Source: Octopus vulgaris (Eukaryota). Taken from it: 64,000 bases of DNA. The translations under genes and the position numbers were made by a program. Where the stretch lies: the NCBI GenBank assembly GCA_951406725.2, contig OX597816.1, forward strand, positions 130,262,001 to 130,326,000, read 5' to 3'. The notes under the pieces were generated by a model. It did no database searches and was not told the origin of the DNA. It saw nothing but the letters and a program-made list of their open reading frames with translations. Positions 22,736-34,662 of this stretch are shown here, piece by piece; the first letter of the stretch is position 1, and every line of letters begins with the position of its first letter.

Positions 22736-25621
22736 ATGTCAGAGGTCTGGTGAAACCCACTAATATGAGTAAAATTCCTTACCTTAGGGACTTAAGCACA
22801 AGCAACCATGCAATATGCATAGCGCTGACTGAAACGCACCTGTCAAGCAGTATAGCAGATGCAGAAATACAGCGTACCAAAGTATACTGTTTTTCGGTCA
22901 GACAGGAAGGAAAGAACTCATGGTGGGGCTGCCCTGTACGTCCGTGAAGATGTCACACCCATAGTACTGTTGACACACTCAAACTCAGTCTGTGACACAC
23001 TGATAGTACACATGAAACAACCGAAAATAGTAATATGTGTCACATATCGGCCACCAGACACCCCCTAGTCATGAAGGAGTGTTTGAAGATAGCCTCAGAA
23101 GAATAGAAGAAGTCCTGGACAAACTGGACCAGGGTAACACCATTCTACTGCTGGGAGATTTTAACCTTCCGAAAGTCAAATGGCCAGATGGCCATCTCCT
23201 CCCTGGAATGACATCACTTGAACAGAGACAGACAGAGTCCTTGTTGGCTCTCACACGCAAGTTTTTCATGGAACAAGCAGTGCCGGCCAACAAGAGGTGA
23301 GAATGTCTTGGACCTCTGTTTCACAAGCAACCCGATGCTCATCCACAACATAATGGTAACACCAACAATTCTCTCAGATCACAACTTAGTAGAGGTAATG
23401 ATATATGGTATGAGAGAGTTAGTTGAGACGCAGCCATTAGAAAATACCACAGGTCTATCCAGTCTAAACTTCCATAAGGCAAACTGGAAGAAGATCAACG
23501 AAGAGATCCGAAAACATGACTGGAGTGACTTCATCACCACACAAGACACCAACACACATTTCCAACATTTCATGACAACAATACAGAACATATGCCATAA
23601 GTTTGTCCCGGAGAAAAAAGCCAGCGGGCATAGGAACGTTATTCCCAGAGACAGGAAAATACTTATGAGGCGAAGAGCTAAGCTCTCGAAGCAACTGAAT
23701 GCACGGCAGAGAAACAATGAGGGACTCCACCTGAAACTTTTTGAAACGGAAACTGCACTCAAACTTTCCTATGAGAAGGAGAGGGCAGAGAGAGAAGCCA
23801 GGGCCATAGAGAATATTAAAACAAACCCTAAAGCCTTCTTTAAATTTGCGAAAGAAACCACCTCGGTACACTGCAAGATTGGCCCACTCTTTGATAAAAA
23901 GGGCTCTCTAACTGAGGACCCCCCAAGGGATAAGTGAAATACTAAAGGAACAGTATAAAAGTGTGTTCACATCCCCTCTGGGGCACATGCAAATCACAAA
24001 CCCAGAAGTTTTCTTTGATGCCACAACACTCCAAAACCAAACAACAACCATCGACCACATAGACATAACAGAGAGGGATGTAATATCTGCCATAGAAGAA
24101 ATGAGAATAAACTCAGCTGCTGGACCAGATGGATTCCCAGCAGTCCTCCTAAAAACATGCAGGCATGCCCTAGCGGGACCACTGAAGAAGCTCTTCAGTG
24201 GTTCCTTGGCTAACGGTAAACTGCCCAGGGCGCTAAAAGAAGGCACCATATGCCCTATCCACAAAGGAGGGAGTAGAGCAGAGGCCAAAAACTACAGGCC
24301 AGTCTCCCTGACGTCACACATAAGTAAGGTCATGGAACGAATCATCAGAAAAAAACTGATCACGTTCCTCGAAGAAACTAACCGTCTCACTGACACACAG
24401 CATGGCTTTCGCCCAGGAAGAAGCTGCCTTACGCAGCTGTTACAACACTATGACTGGGTACTGAAACAACTACTGGATCGCTCACAGGTGGATGTGGTAT
24501 ATCTCGACTTTGCGAAGGCCTTTGACAAAGTCGACCACGGAGTGATATATCACAAATTACTCAGACTCGGCATAACAGGAAAAGTAGGTGAGTGGATACA
24601 TGACTTCCTGAAGGACAGAAGCCAGATGGTTGCAGCCAATGGAGCCCTCTCGGGAAAGACACCAATAGCAAGCGGGGTGCCACAGGGCAGTCTTGGGACC
24701 CTTGCTGTTTTTGGTGGCGCTCTCTGACATGCCCTTGGTAGCACAAACAACATCCCTCACTAGCTATGCTGATGACACAAAGGTAGCACAGGCAATCAAA
24801 AACCCAGCTGATGCTGACCTTTTACAACAAGATCTGGATGCCATATACAAATGGGCTGAAGACAACAACATGCAATTTAATGCTGGTAAATTTCAAGCCT
24901 TACAATATCAAGCTGTAAACACATATACATTACAACACAACTATACTGGTCCAGGAGGGATCGAAATCCCAGTATCGAAATCAATACGGGACCTGGGGAT
25001 AGACATGAGTGACGATGCATCTTTTTCTTCACACATCGCGAAGGTGGCGACAATGTGCAGACGACTCACTGGCTGGATCCTGAGGACATTCCGGACAAGA
25101 GACTGCGAGACCATGCTGACACTATGGAGGACATTTGTCCTGGGCCGCCTGGACTACTGCTCCCAACTGTGGTCACCGCATAGTGTCAAACTAACCACAG
25201 AGCTTGAGACAATCCAAAGACATTTCACCAAGAGGATTTCCACCATGAAAGAAAAGAACTATTGGGAGAGGCTTAGGGAACTCAATTTGTACTCCTTGGA
25301 ACGAAGACGAGAGAGATATGCAGTGATATACATATGGAAAATCCTGGAGGGACTAGCACCAAATTTTGGAATTGAGAGCTGTTCCAATCCCCGTACAGGA
25401 CGTCACTGTGTGGTGCCAAAGGTCCCGTCTTCCACATCCAGGGTAAGGAGCAGATACTGTAATAGCCTGGGGTTCAGGGGCCCTCAGCTTTTCAACAAAC
25501 TGCCAAGAAAACTAAGAGATCTACATGATGCGGATGTGGACATTTTCAAAAAACATCTAGACAAGCTGCTTTCCGGGATCCCAGATGAACCCACTGCAAG
25601 GTACGAAGGTAACCTAAGGGC
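22654..25621 (+). pseudogene. LINE ORF2: APE endonuclease + reverse transcriptase (CR1 group), several frameshifts
   Basis: APE motifs LLNVRGL, LTETHL, GGAALYV, YRPP, GDFNLP, PTRGENVLDL, SDHNLV. RT motifs AGPDG, NYRPVSLTS, QHGFRPGRSC, YLDFAKAFDKV, GVPQGS, YADDTK. C-terminal YWERLRELNLYSLERRRER. Confidence 0.95.
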
Positions 25622-26465
25622 ACATCCCTCACTAGCTATGCTGATGACACAAAGGTAGCACAGGCAATCAAAAACCCAGCTGATGCTGAGTAAAAAAAGA
25701 GTTTACAACAAGATCTGGATGCCATATACAAATGGGCTGAAGACAAAAACATGCAATTTAATGCTGGTAAATTTCAAGCCTTACAATATCAAGCTGTAAA
25801 CACATATACATTACAACACAACTATACTGGTCCAGGAGGGATCGAAATCCCAGTATCGAAATCAATACGGGACCTGGGGATAGACATGAGTGACGATGCA
25901 TCTTTTTCTTCACACATCGCGAAGGTGGCGACAATGTGCAGACGACTCACTGGCTGGATCCTGAGGACATTCCGGACAAGAGACTGCGAGACCATGCTGA
26001 CACTATGGAGGACATTTGTCCTAAGCCGCCTGGACTACTGCTCCCAACTGTGGTCACCGCATAGTGTCAAACTAACCACAGAGCTTGAGACAATCCAAAG
26101 ACATTTCACCAAGAGGATTTCCACCATGAAAGAAAAGAACTATTGGGAGAGGCTTAGGGAACTCAATTTGTACTCCTTGGAACGAAGACGAGAGAGATAT
26201 GCAGTGATATACATATGGAAAATCCTGGAGGGACTAGCACCAAATTTTGGAATTGAGAGCTGTTCCAATATACAGGACGTCACTATGTGGTGCCAGGTCC
26301 CGTCTTCCACATCCAGGGTAAGGAGCAGATACTGTATATAGCCTGGGGTTCAATACCTCAGCTTTTCAACAAACTGCCAAGAAAAACTAAGAGATCTACA
26401 TGATGCGGATGTGGACATTTTCATATAAAACATCTAGACAAGCTGCTTTATCCCAGATGAACCCA
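25622..26465 (+). repeat. Direct tandem duplicate of ORF2 segment ~24750-25592
   Basis: Restarts at ACATCCCTCACTAGCTATGCTGATGAC. Near-identical in the middle and indel-rich at both ends. Confidence 0.95.
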
Positions 26466-26579
26466 CATATATATACATATATATACACACATATAGGGCA
26501 GCATACAAATAACACATATATAGATCAGTGGCCAGCCACGGCAAACTGGATAAATAGATAGGGTACACACATATATAAA

Positions 26580-26685
26580 TACATATATATACAGCACGGA
26601 TATATAAATACAATAAAGAGTATATATATATATACACACATATATATATACATATATATATATATATACACACATATATAAATAC

Positions 26686-26716
<31 letters not shown>

Positions 26717-28740
26717 TAAATACATATATATATATATATATACACACATATATAAATACATATATATATATACACACACATATATATAAATACATATATA
26801 TATATATATACACACATATATAAATACATATATATATATATATACACACACATATATAAATACATATATATATATATATACACACACACATATATAAATA
26901 CATATATATATATATATACACACACATATATAAATACATATATATATATACACACACATATATAAATACATATATATATATATATACACACACATATATA
27001 AATACATATATATATATACACACACATATATAAATACATATATATATATATATATACACATATATAAATACATATATATATATACACACATATATAAATA
27101 CATATATATATATATATATACACACACATATATAAATACATATATATATATATATACACACATATATAAATACATATATATATATATATACACACATATA
27201 TAAATACATATATATACACACATATATAAATACATATATATACACACATATATAAATACATATATATACACACATATATAAATACATATATATACACACA
27301 TATATAAATACATATATATATATATATACACACATATATAAATACATATATATATATATACACACATATATAAATACATATATATATATATATATACACA
27401 CATATATAAATACATATATATATATACACACATATATAAATACATATATATATATACACACATATATAAATACATATATATATATACACACATATATAAA
27501 TACATATATATATATATATACACACATATATAAATACATATATATATATATATATACACACATATATAAATACATATATATATATATACACACATATATA
27601 TAAATACATATATATATATATATACACACATATATATAAATACATATATATATATATATACACACATATATAAATACATATATATATACACACATATATA
27701 AATACATATATATATATACACACATATATAAATACATATATATATATATACACACATATATAAATACATATATATATATATACACACATATATAAATACA
27801 TATATATATATATACACACACATATATAAATACATATATATATATATACACACATATATAAATACATATATATATATATATACACACATATATAAATACA
27901 TATATATATATACACACATATATAAATACATATATATATATATACACACATATATAAATACATATATATATATATACACACATATATAAATACATATATA
28001 TATATATACACACATATATAAATACATATATATATATACACACATATATAAATACATATATATATATATACACACATATATAAATACATATATATATATA
28101 TACACACATATATAAATACATATATATATATACACACATATATAAATACATATATATATATACACACATATATAAATACATATATATATATATATACACA
28201 CATATATAAATACATATATATATATATACACACATATATAAATACATATATATATATATACACACATATATACATACATATATATATACACACATATAAA
28301 TACATATATATATATATACACACATATATAAATACATATATATATATATACACACATATATAAATACATATATATATATATATACACACATATATAAATA
28401 CATATATATACACACATATATAAATACATATATATATATATATATATACACACACATATATAAATACATATATATATATACACACATATATAAATACATA
28501 TATATATATACACATATATAAATACATATATATATATACACATATATAAATACATATATATATATATATATACACATATATAAATACATATATATATATA
28601 TACACATATATATATATATACACATATATAAATACATATATATATACACACATATATAAATACATATATATATATATATATATACACATATATAAATACA
28701 TATATATATATACACAGACATATATAAATACATATATATG
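26580..28740. repeat. Minisatellite, unit ~ACACACATATATAAATACAT(AT)n
   Basis: Recurring ATAAATAC marker every ~22-32 bp. Confidence 0.97.
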
Positions 28741-29724
28741 TAGAGGCCACGGGTTATGGCCTGACCAGTCTTGCCGGGTCTTCGGATGGTGTTTTTATGT
28801 GCCACCGACACAGGTGCCAGATGAGGCTGGCGAACGGCCACGATCGGATGGTGTTTGTTATGAGCCCACAGCACAGAGGCCAGTCGATGTGGTACTGGCT
28901 ACGGCCATGTTCGGATGGTTATCTTGTGTGCCACGGCCTTGGTACCACAAAGATACAAATTCCATTGATGTTCATCTATTTTGATTTGTTTTGATTTGAT
29001 CACTTGCCTCAACAGGTCTTCACAAGTGTCACAAGAAGGAAGGTATGCACAGGCGGACTGACTACGTCCCAGGTAGGGGCCACGGGTTATGGCCTGACTA
29101 GTCTTGCCGGGTCTTCAGATGGTGTTTTTATGTGCCACCGACACAGGTGCCTGATGAGGCTGGCGAACGGACATGGTCGGATGGTGTTTGTTACGTGCCC
29201 ACAGCAAGGAGGCCAGTCGATGCGGTTCTGGCTACAGCCACGTTCGGATGGTTTTCTTGTGTGCCACCGGCACTGGTACCATGAAGATACAAATTCCATT
29301 GATGTTCATCTATTTTATTTTGATTTTCACTTTCACTTGCCTCAAAAGGTCTTCACAAGTGTCACAAGAAGGAAGGTATGCACAGGTGAACTGACTACGT
29401 CCCAGGTTGGGGCCACGGATTATGGCCTGACTAGTCTTGCCGGGTCTTCGGATGGTGTTTTTATGTGCCACCGACACAGGTGCCGGATGAGGCTGGCGAA
29501 CGGCCACGATCGGATGGTGTTTGTTACGTGCCCACAGCACGGAGGCCAGTCGATGCAGTACTGGCTACGTCCACGTTCGGATGGTTTTCTTGTGTGCCAC
29601 CGGCACTGGTACCACAAAGATACAAATTCCATTGATATTCATCTATTTCGATTTGTTTTGATTTTTTTGATTTTTTTTTTTTTTTTTTTTTTTTTGACTT
29701 TCACTTGCCTCAACAGGTCTTCAC
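28741..29724 (-). mobile_element. Inverted segment of RTE-type 3' UTR: about three ~333-bp tandem units
   Basis: Reverse complement of 5001-5335, repeated from ~28741, ~29074 and ~29407. Confidence 0.88.
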
Positions 29725-30686
29725 AAACACCATCCGAAGACCTGGCAAGACTAGTCAGGCCATAACCCGTGGCCTCTACCTGGGACGTAGTCAGTCCACC
29801 TGTGCATACCTTCCTTCTTGTGACACTTGTGAAGACCTGTTGAGACAAGTGATCAAATCAAATCAAATCAAATCAAAATAGATGAACATCAATGGAATTT
29901 GTATCTTTAGGAAAATTAGTGCCGGTGGCACACAAGAAAACAATCCGAACGTGGCCGTAGCCAGTACCGCATCGACTGGCCTCCGTGCTGTGGGCACGTA
30001 ACAAACACCACCCATCTGGCACCTGTGTCGGAGACACATAAAAACATCATCCGAAGACCCGGCAAGACTAGTCAGGCCATAACCCGTGGCCCCTACCTGG
30101 GATGTTGTCAGTTCACCTGTGCATACCTTCCTTCCTTCTTGTGACACTTGTGAAGACCTGTTGAGGCAAGTGAAAATCAAATCAAATCAAATCAAAATAG
30201 ATGAACATCAATGGAATTTGTATCTTTGTGGTACCAGTGCCGATGGCACACAAGAAAACCATCCGAACGTGGCCGTAGCCAGTACCGCATCGACTGGCCT
30301 CCGTGCTGTGGGCACGTAAGAAACACCATCCGATCGTGGCCGTTCGTCAGCCTCGTCTGGCACCTGTGTCGGTGGCACATCAAAACACCATCCGAGCGTG
30401 GCCGTTCGCCAGCCTCGTCTGGCACCTGTGTCGGTGGCACATAAAAACATCATCCGAGCGTGGCCGTTCGCCAGCCTCGTCTGGCACCTGTGTCGGTGGC
30501 ACATAAAATCACCCACTACACTCTCGGAGTGGTTGCGTTAGGAAGGGCATCCAGCTGTAGAAACACTGCCAGATCTGACTGGCCTGGTGCAGCCTTCGGG
30601 CTCCCCAGACCCCAGTTGAACCGTCCAACCCATGCTAGCATGGAGAGCAGACGTTAAATGATGATGATGATGATGATGATGATGAT
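29725..30686 (+). mobile_element. RTE-type 3' UTR (two ~330-bp units plus terminal part) with (ATG)n tail
   Basis: Near-identical to 5001-5612. Ends CCATGCTAGCATGGAGAGCAGACGTTAA(ATG)n. Confidence 0.88.
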
Positions 30687-30884
30687 ATACACACACATAT
30701 ATAAATACATATATATATATATATATACACACACATATATAAATACATATATATATATATATACATATACACATATATAAATACATATATATATATATAC
30801 ATATACACATATATGAATACATATATATATACATATACACATATATAAATACATATATATATACATATACATATATATAAATAC

Positions 30885-30915
<31 letters not shown>

Positions 30916-31238
30916 TAAATACATATATATATATATACACACACATATATAAATACATATATATATATATACACACACATATATAAATACATATATATAT
31001 ATATATACACACACATATATAAATACACATATATATATATACACACATATATAAATACACATATATATATATATACACACATATATATAAATACATATAT
31101 ATATATATACACACATATATAAATACATATATATACACATACACACATATATAAATACATATATATACACATATATAAATACATATATATATATATATAC
31201 ACACATATATATATATATATACACACACATATATAAAT

Positions 31239-31289
<51 letters not shown>

Positions 31290-31405
31290 AATACATATAT
31301 ACACACACACATATATAAATACATACATATATATATATCTACATTATATATACAAATACATATAAATATACATACACATATACATACATATATATATATA
31401 CATAC
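30687..31405. repeat. Continuation of the 26580-28740 minisatellite
   Basis: Same ATAAATAC-marked unit. Confidence 0.95.
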
Positions 31406-31544
31406 ATGAATATAATTTAGAGACAAACCAGTATTAAGCAATTCAATAGTGAAAGATGCTATTCACACCATATAGAAAAAATTAAATATACTATAAAAAA
31501 CATTATTCTAAAAATCAATGAAGTACATAAACAATAAATAGTAA

Positions 31545-31666
31545 ATGGACTACGCACGTTTCGTGGCTATATCTTCAATAGATAATAATAATAAAATCAA
31601 TTCAATTTAAAATTAAATCGATCTAACATTAATTCTATTTCAAAATACAGTCACTCATCAGTTCTA
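31545..31666 (-). ncRNA. Candidate type I hammerhead with long AT-rich stem II (probable PLE terminal fragment)
   Basis: CTGATGA (31661-31655), GTGACTGTATTTT...AAGATATAGCCAC, GAAAC-GTGC-GTA. Stem I is imperfect. Confidence 0.6.
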
Positions 31667-32081
31667 AAATAAAAATAATAAAATAAATGTATGTATCACA
31701 ACTTATAATAATTAAGAAATAAATATTAAAAAATACGTGTTTTAACAATAAATAATCGAATAAATTTAACAATATTACTTCAAATAAAATCATAACTTAT
31801 CGAAGAATTTCTGTTAACTAAAATTTTAAACGAAATACATAGATCTTAGCGTTTATGATAAATTATCGCGTGAAAACATGGTGTAAATAAAAATTATAGA
31901 ATAAATAAGCCGTGAAAATGACAAAATGTATTTTAGGTGTAAGAATAAGAAAAAAAACTAACTGTAATATGCCATTTACTGGAAAATTTCAAAGCCTAAA
32001 TAATTCAAAACTAAAATACATAAAATTGATTAAATGATGAGCGAAAAATTAAATGTAGACATAAATTAAATTATTTTTTAA

Positions 32082-32114
<33 letters not shown>

Positions 32115-32117
32115 TGT

Positions 32118-32337
32118 GGAGGCGCAATGGCCCAGTGGTTAGGGCAGTGGATTTGCAGTTTCGATTCCCAGACCGGGCGTTGTGAGTGTGTTTATTGAGC
32201 AAAAACACCTAAAGCTCCACAAGGCTCCGGCAGGGGGTGGTGGCGATCCCTGCTGTACTCTTTCGCCACAACTTTCTCTAACTCTTTCTTCTGTTGGCCT
32301 GCTCGCTTAGCCAGTGGGGTGGAGTCATTTGAAGGCT
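32118..32337 (+). mobile_element. tRNA-derived SINE (5' part)
   Basis: A-box TGGCCCAGTGG and B-box-like GTTTCGATTCC in a tRNA-like head, followed by a non-tRNA body. Confidence 0.75.
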
Positions 32338-33374
32338 TTTTTTTGGGAGTATCAGTTATGCTTTCCTTTTTGTATTATTTCTGGCCCTTCAACTCTTAAC
32401 TTCATTACAGCTCAATAACTGATCTCTTTAACTTTCAATATTTAGCTAACATCAATTTATATTATGTTGACACTAATTATTGCCTAAACTACTTTCATAA
32501 GTCCAGTATACACATTTATTTGTTTATGCCCATGCAGTTTTCCTGTCAATGTGATAACCATTTTCTCTATTTGATTTATCCTATTCTGTTTCTCTTTAAG
32601 AATGTACCTAAAGGTTGTGATTCCTGGTACTGTGATTATGGCTATGTCTATATATTAATCATTTTCTTTTCCTTCTCCTCTGACCCTAAGTTATGTTCCT
32701 TGAATTATAATTAACTGGATCTCCTTTAATTAAAGTTAAAATTCTTTTAGTTCTGCAATAATTAATTGGAACACTTCAATCAAGATGAATTAGCGAAAAA
32801 TGGTGGAATTTATTAACCATGTCACCCTTCATGAACTAAACAATATAACAATAAATGGGATTTTTTTTAGAACAACATCAGCATGTGTCTTAAAATTTTG
32901 TTTGATAGGGTCAAACATCGTACTCAATGCTTGCTATCAGCTGGTATACAAATATGCTTTGCTTTTATGAATAGAAATTTAACTCTAATTTCTAACCTTA
33001 TTCTGCTATCCAACCTCCCATAACTGATAGATTGTAGTCCCACCCATTTTACATTTTGTAAATGCTGGTAATTCTGATAAGAAATTTCAATTGATGATCT
33101 GTTGATTAATCAGCATGTCATTGCTTGTTTGTTTATTTATGTATGCCTGATGAGTTGAGAATTGTGTAATGTATTAAATAAGCATATTGACATTGTGCAT
33201 ACTGCATACATGTCTGTATTATATTGATGTTCCAATAAGGACTCTTGATGAAACAAGACTAGTAATAAAGCTTAAATGTCACTCACAAGTGACTAGGATA
33301 TGATGTTTTTTCTGAATGTTTTGTGTGCATATGTGTACAAGCAAATACACAGACACCACAGCTGGTGGGAGAGA

Positions 33375-33532
33375 GAGCTCAGCAGTCTGGTACTCACTTT
33401 CAGTTGAGAAGACTGCAGCCACATGAAATGAAATGAAATATCTTGTTCAAGGATACAATGTTCTGTAAGTGGCTAGGAATTGAACTCAGACTTTATGTTA
33501 ATGAGGCCAACACATTTACTATGCTGCATGTC
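33375..33532 (-). mobile_element. Decayed tRNA-derived SINE
   Basis: Minus strand GAGTTCAATTCC followed by TGTATCCTTGAACAAGATATTTCATTTCATTTCATGTGGC, similar to 54746-55045. Confidence 0.5.
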
Positions 33533-33794
33533 TAGTGTTAAAATATTGGCCTCTTCATACACCTACTATCTATCCATGAACACATTGTACAAACATTATA
33601 TTTACATTTTTTGTAATATAGTGTTGACTTGTAGATACATGTGTTAATAGTATATTATAACAGAATGGAATAATGTTGACACACTGGTAATTTCATGTCC
33701 AAACTAACTGCCAAAAATATGGTACATACAAAAATTGGTCTTTCCAGTTTGTTTTAACCCCTAATATTAGTGAGTTTATAAACAATATGTTCTT

Positions 33795-34662
33795 CATCAA
33801 CATTTAACATCTATGTTCAATGCTATCATGGGTTGAATGGTTTGATAGGACCTGACAAGTCTAAGGACTACATCATGCTCCAATGTCTGCTTTGGCATGA
33901 TTTCTAAAGCCGGATGCCCTTCCTAATGCCAACCACATTACAGTGTGCTTTTTACAAGCTACCTGCACTGTAGAGGCCGCCATGCAGCTTTCAAGACTAC
34001 AAACCTAGAGAGACAATAGTTGGGTGGGTCAGTTTTATGCTGTGAGATGAGGGGTGAAAGCATGAGAGAATGGGGCATGTACAAAGCAGGTTCTTATAGA
34101 AGAGCTGCATGGTTATTCACATTTAGTAGGTGGTGGGAGAGATAAAGGTTTGTAGGAGCTGCAAAGAGACTGATAGATGAGGTGTCCAGTGACCCACAAG
34201 ATTTAAGTGGGTGGGTGGGTGGTGCTAATGTAAGATGATAAAGAGAGCAGAAGATGAGGGGAGGGGAAAGGCAGTCTGCAGCTGTAAAAGAAGTTGGGTA
34301 GAGTAGAAAGGTAATGACTGATGAGTCACAAATTGGGAGGCTAGAAGGATGCAGGAAAGAGTAGGTTAATAAGTAATAATACAGTTGACAGAGAGAAGAA
34401 GAGAGAGATGAGAAGATGAAATTAGGCAACAGGAGCAAGGAGAGAGAGATAAGTATAGTTCATGATGTATAGTTTGGCGTATTGAGGGAGGCGTTTGAAT
34501 CAACATAATGAATGGGTGGAGAGCATGTAATGCACACTGCTTCTAGCACTCAGTTTTGATCAGGTGAACAAGTTTTCTCAAGAACCTTATATTGCCAGAC
34601 ATCTCAGTCTATTGTCACTTCCGACATGAGACTCAACATCTTGAGATCAGCCCTCACTACTT
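33795..34662 (-). mobile_element. Old RTE-type LINE 3' remnant with GA-rich interior
   Basis: Diverged tail (CATTTAACATC...GGATGCCCTTCCTAATGCCAACC) at ~33800-33940 and an ORF2-end-like segment at ~34590-34660. Confidence 0.5.

Larger units (their letters stand above)
21792..26465 (+). mobile_element. Near full-length CR1-type LINE (ORF1 + APE-RT ORF2) with a duplicated 3' part and no 3' tail
   Basis: See the ORF1 and ORF2 features. The 5' UTR may extend to ~20650. Confidence 0.92.

Noticed and set aside
32118-32175. tRNA gene
   Set aside because: The anticodon arm is deleted or degenerate and the sequence continues into a SINE body.
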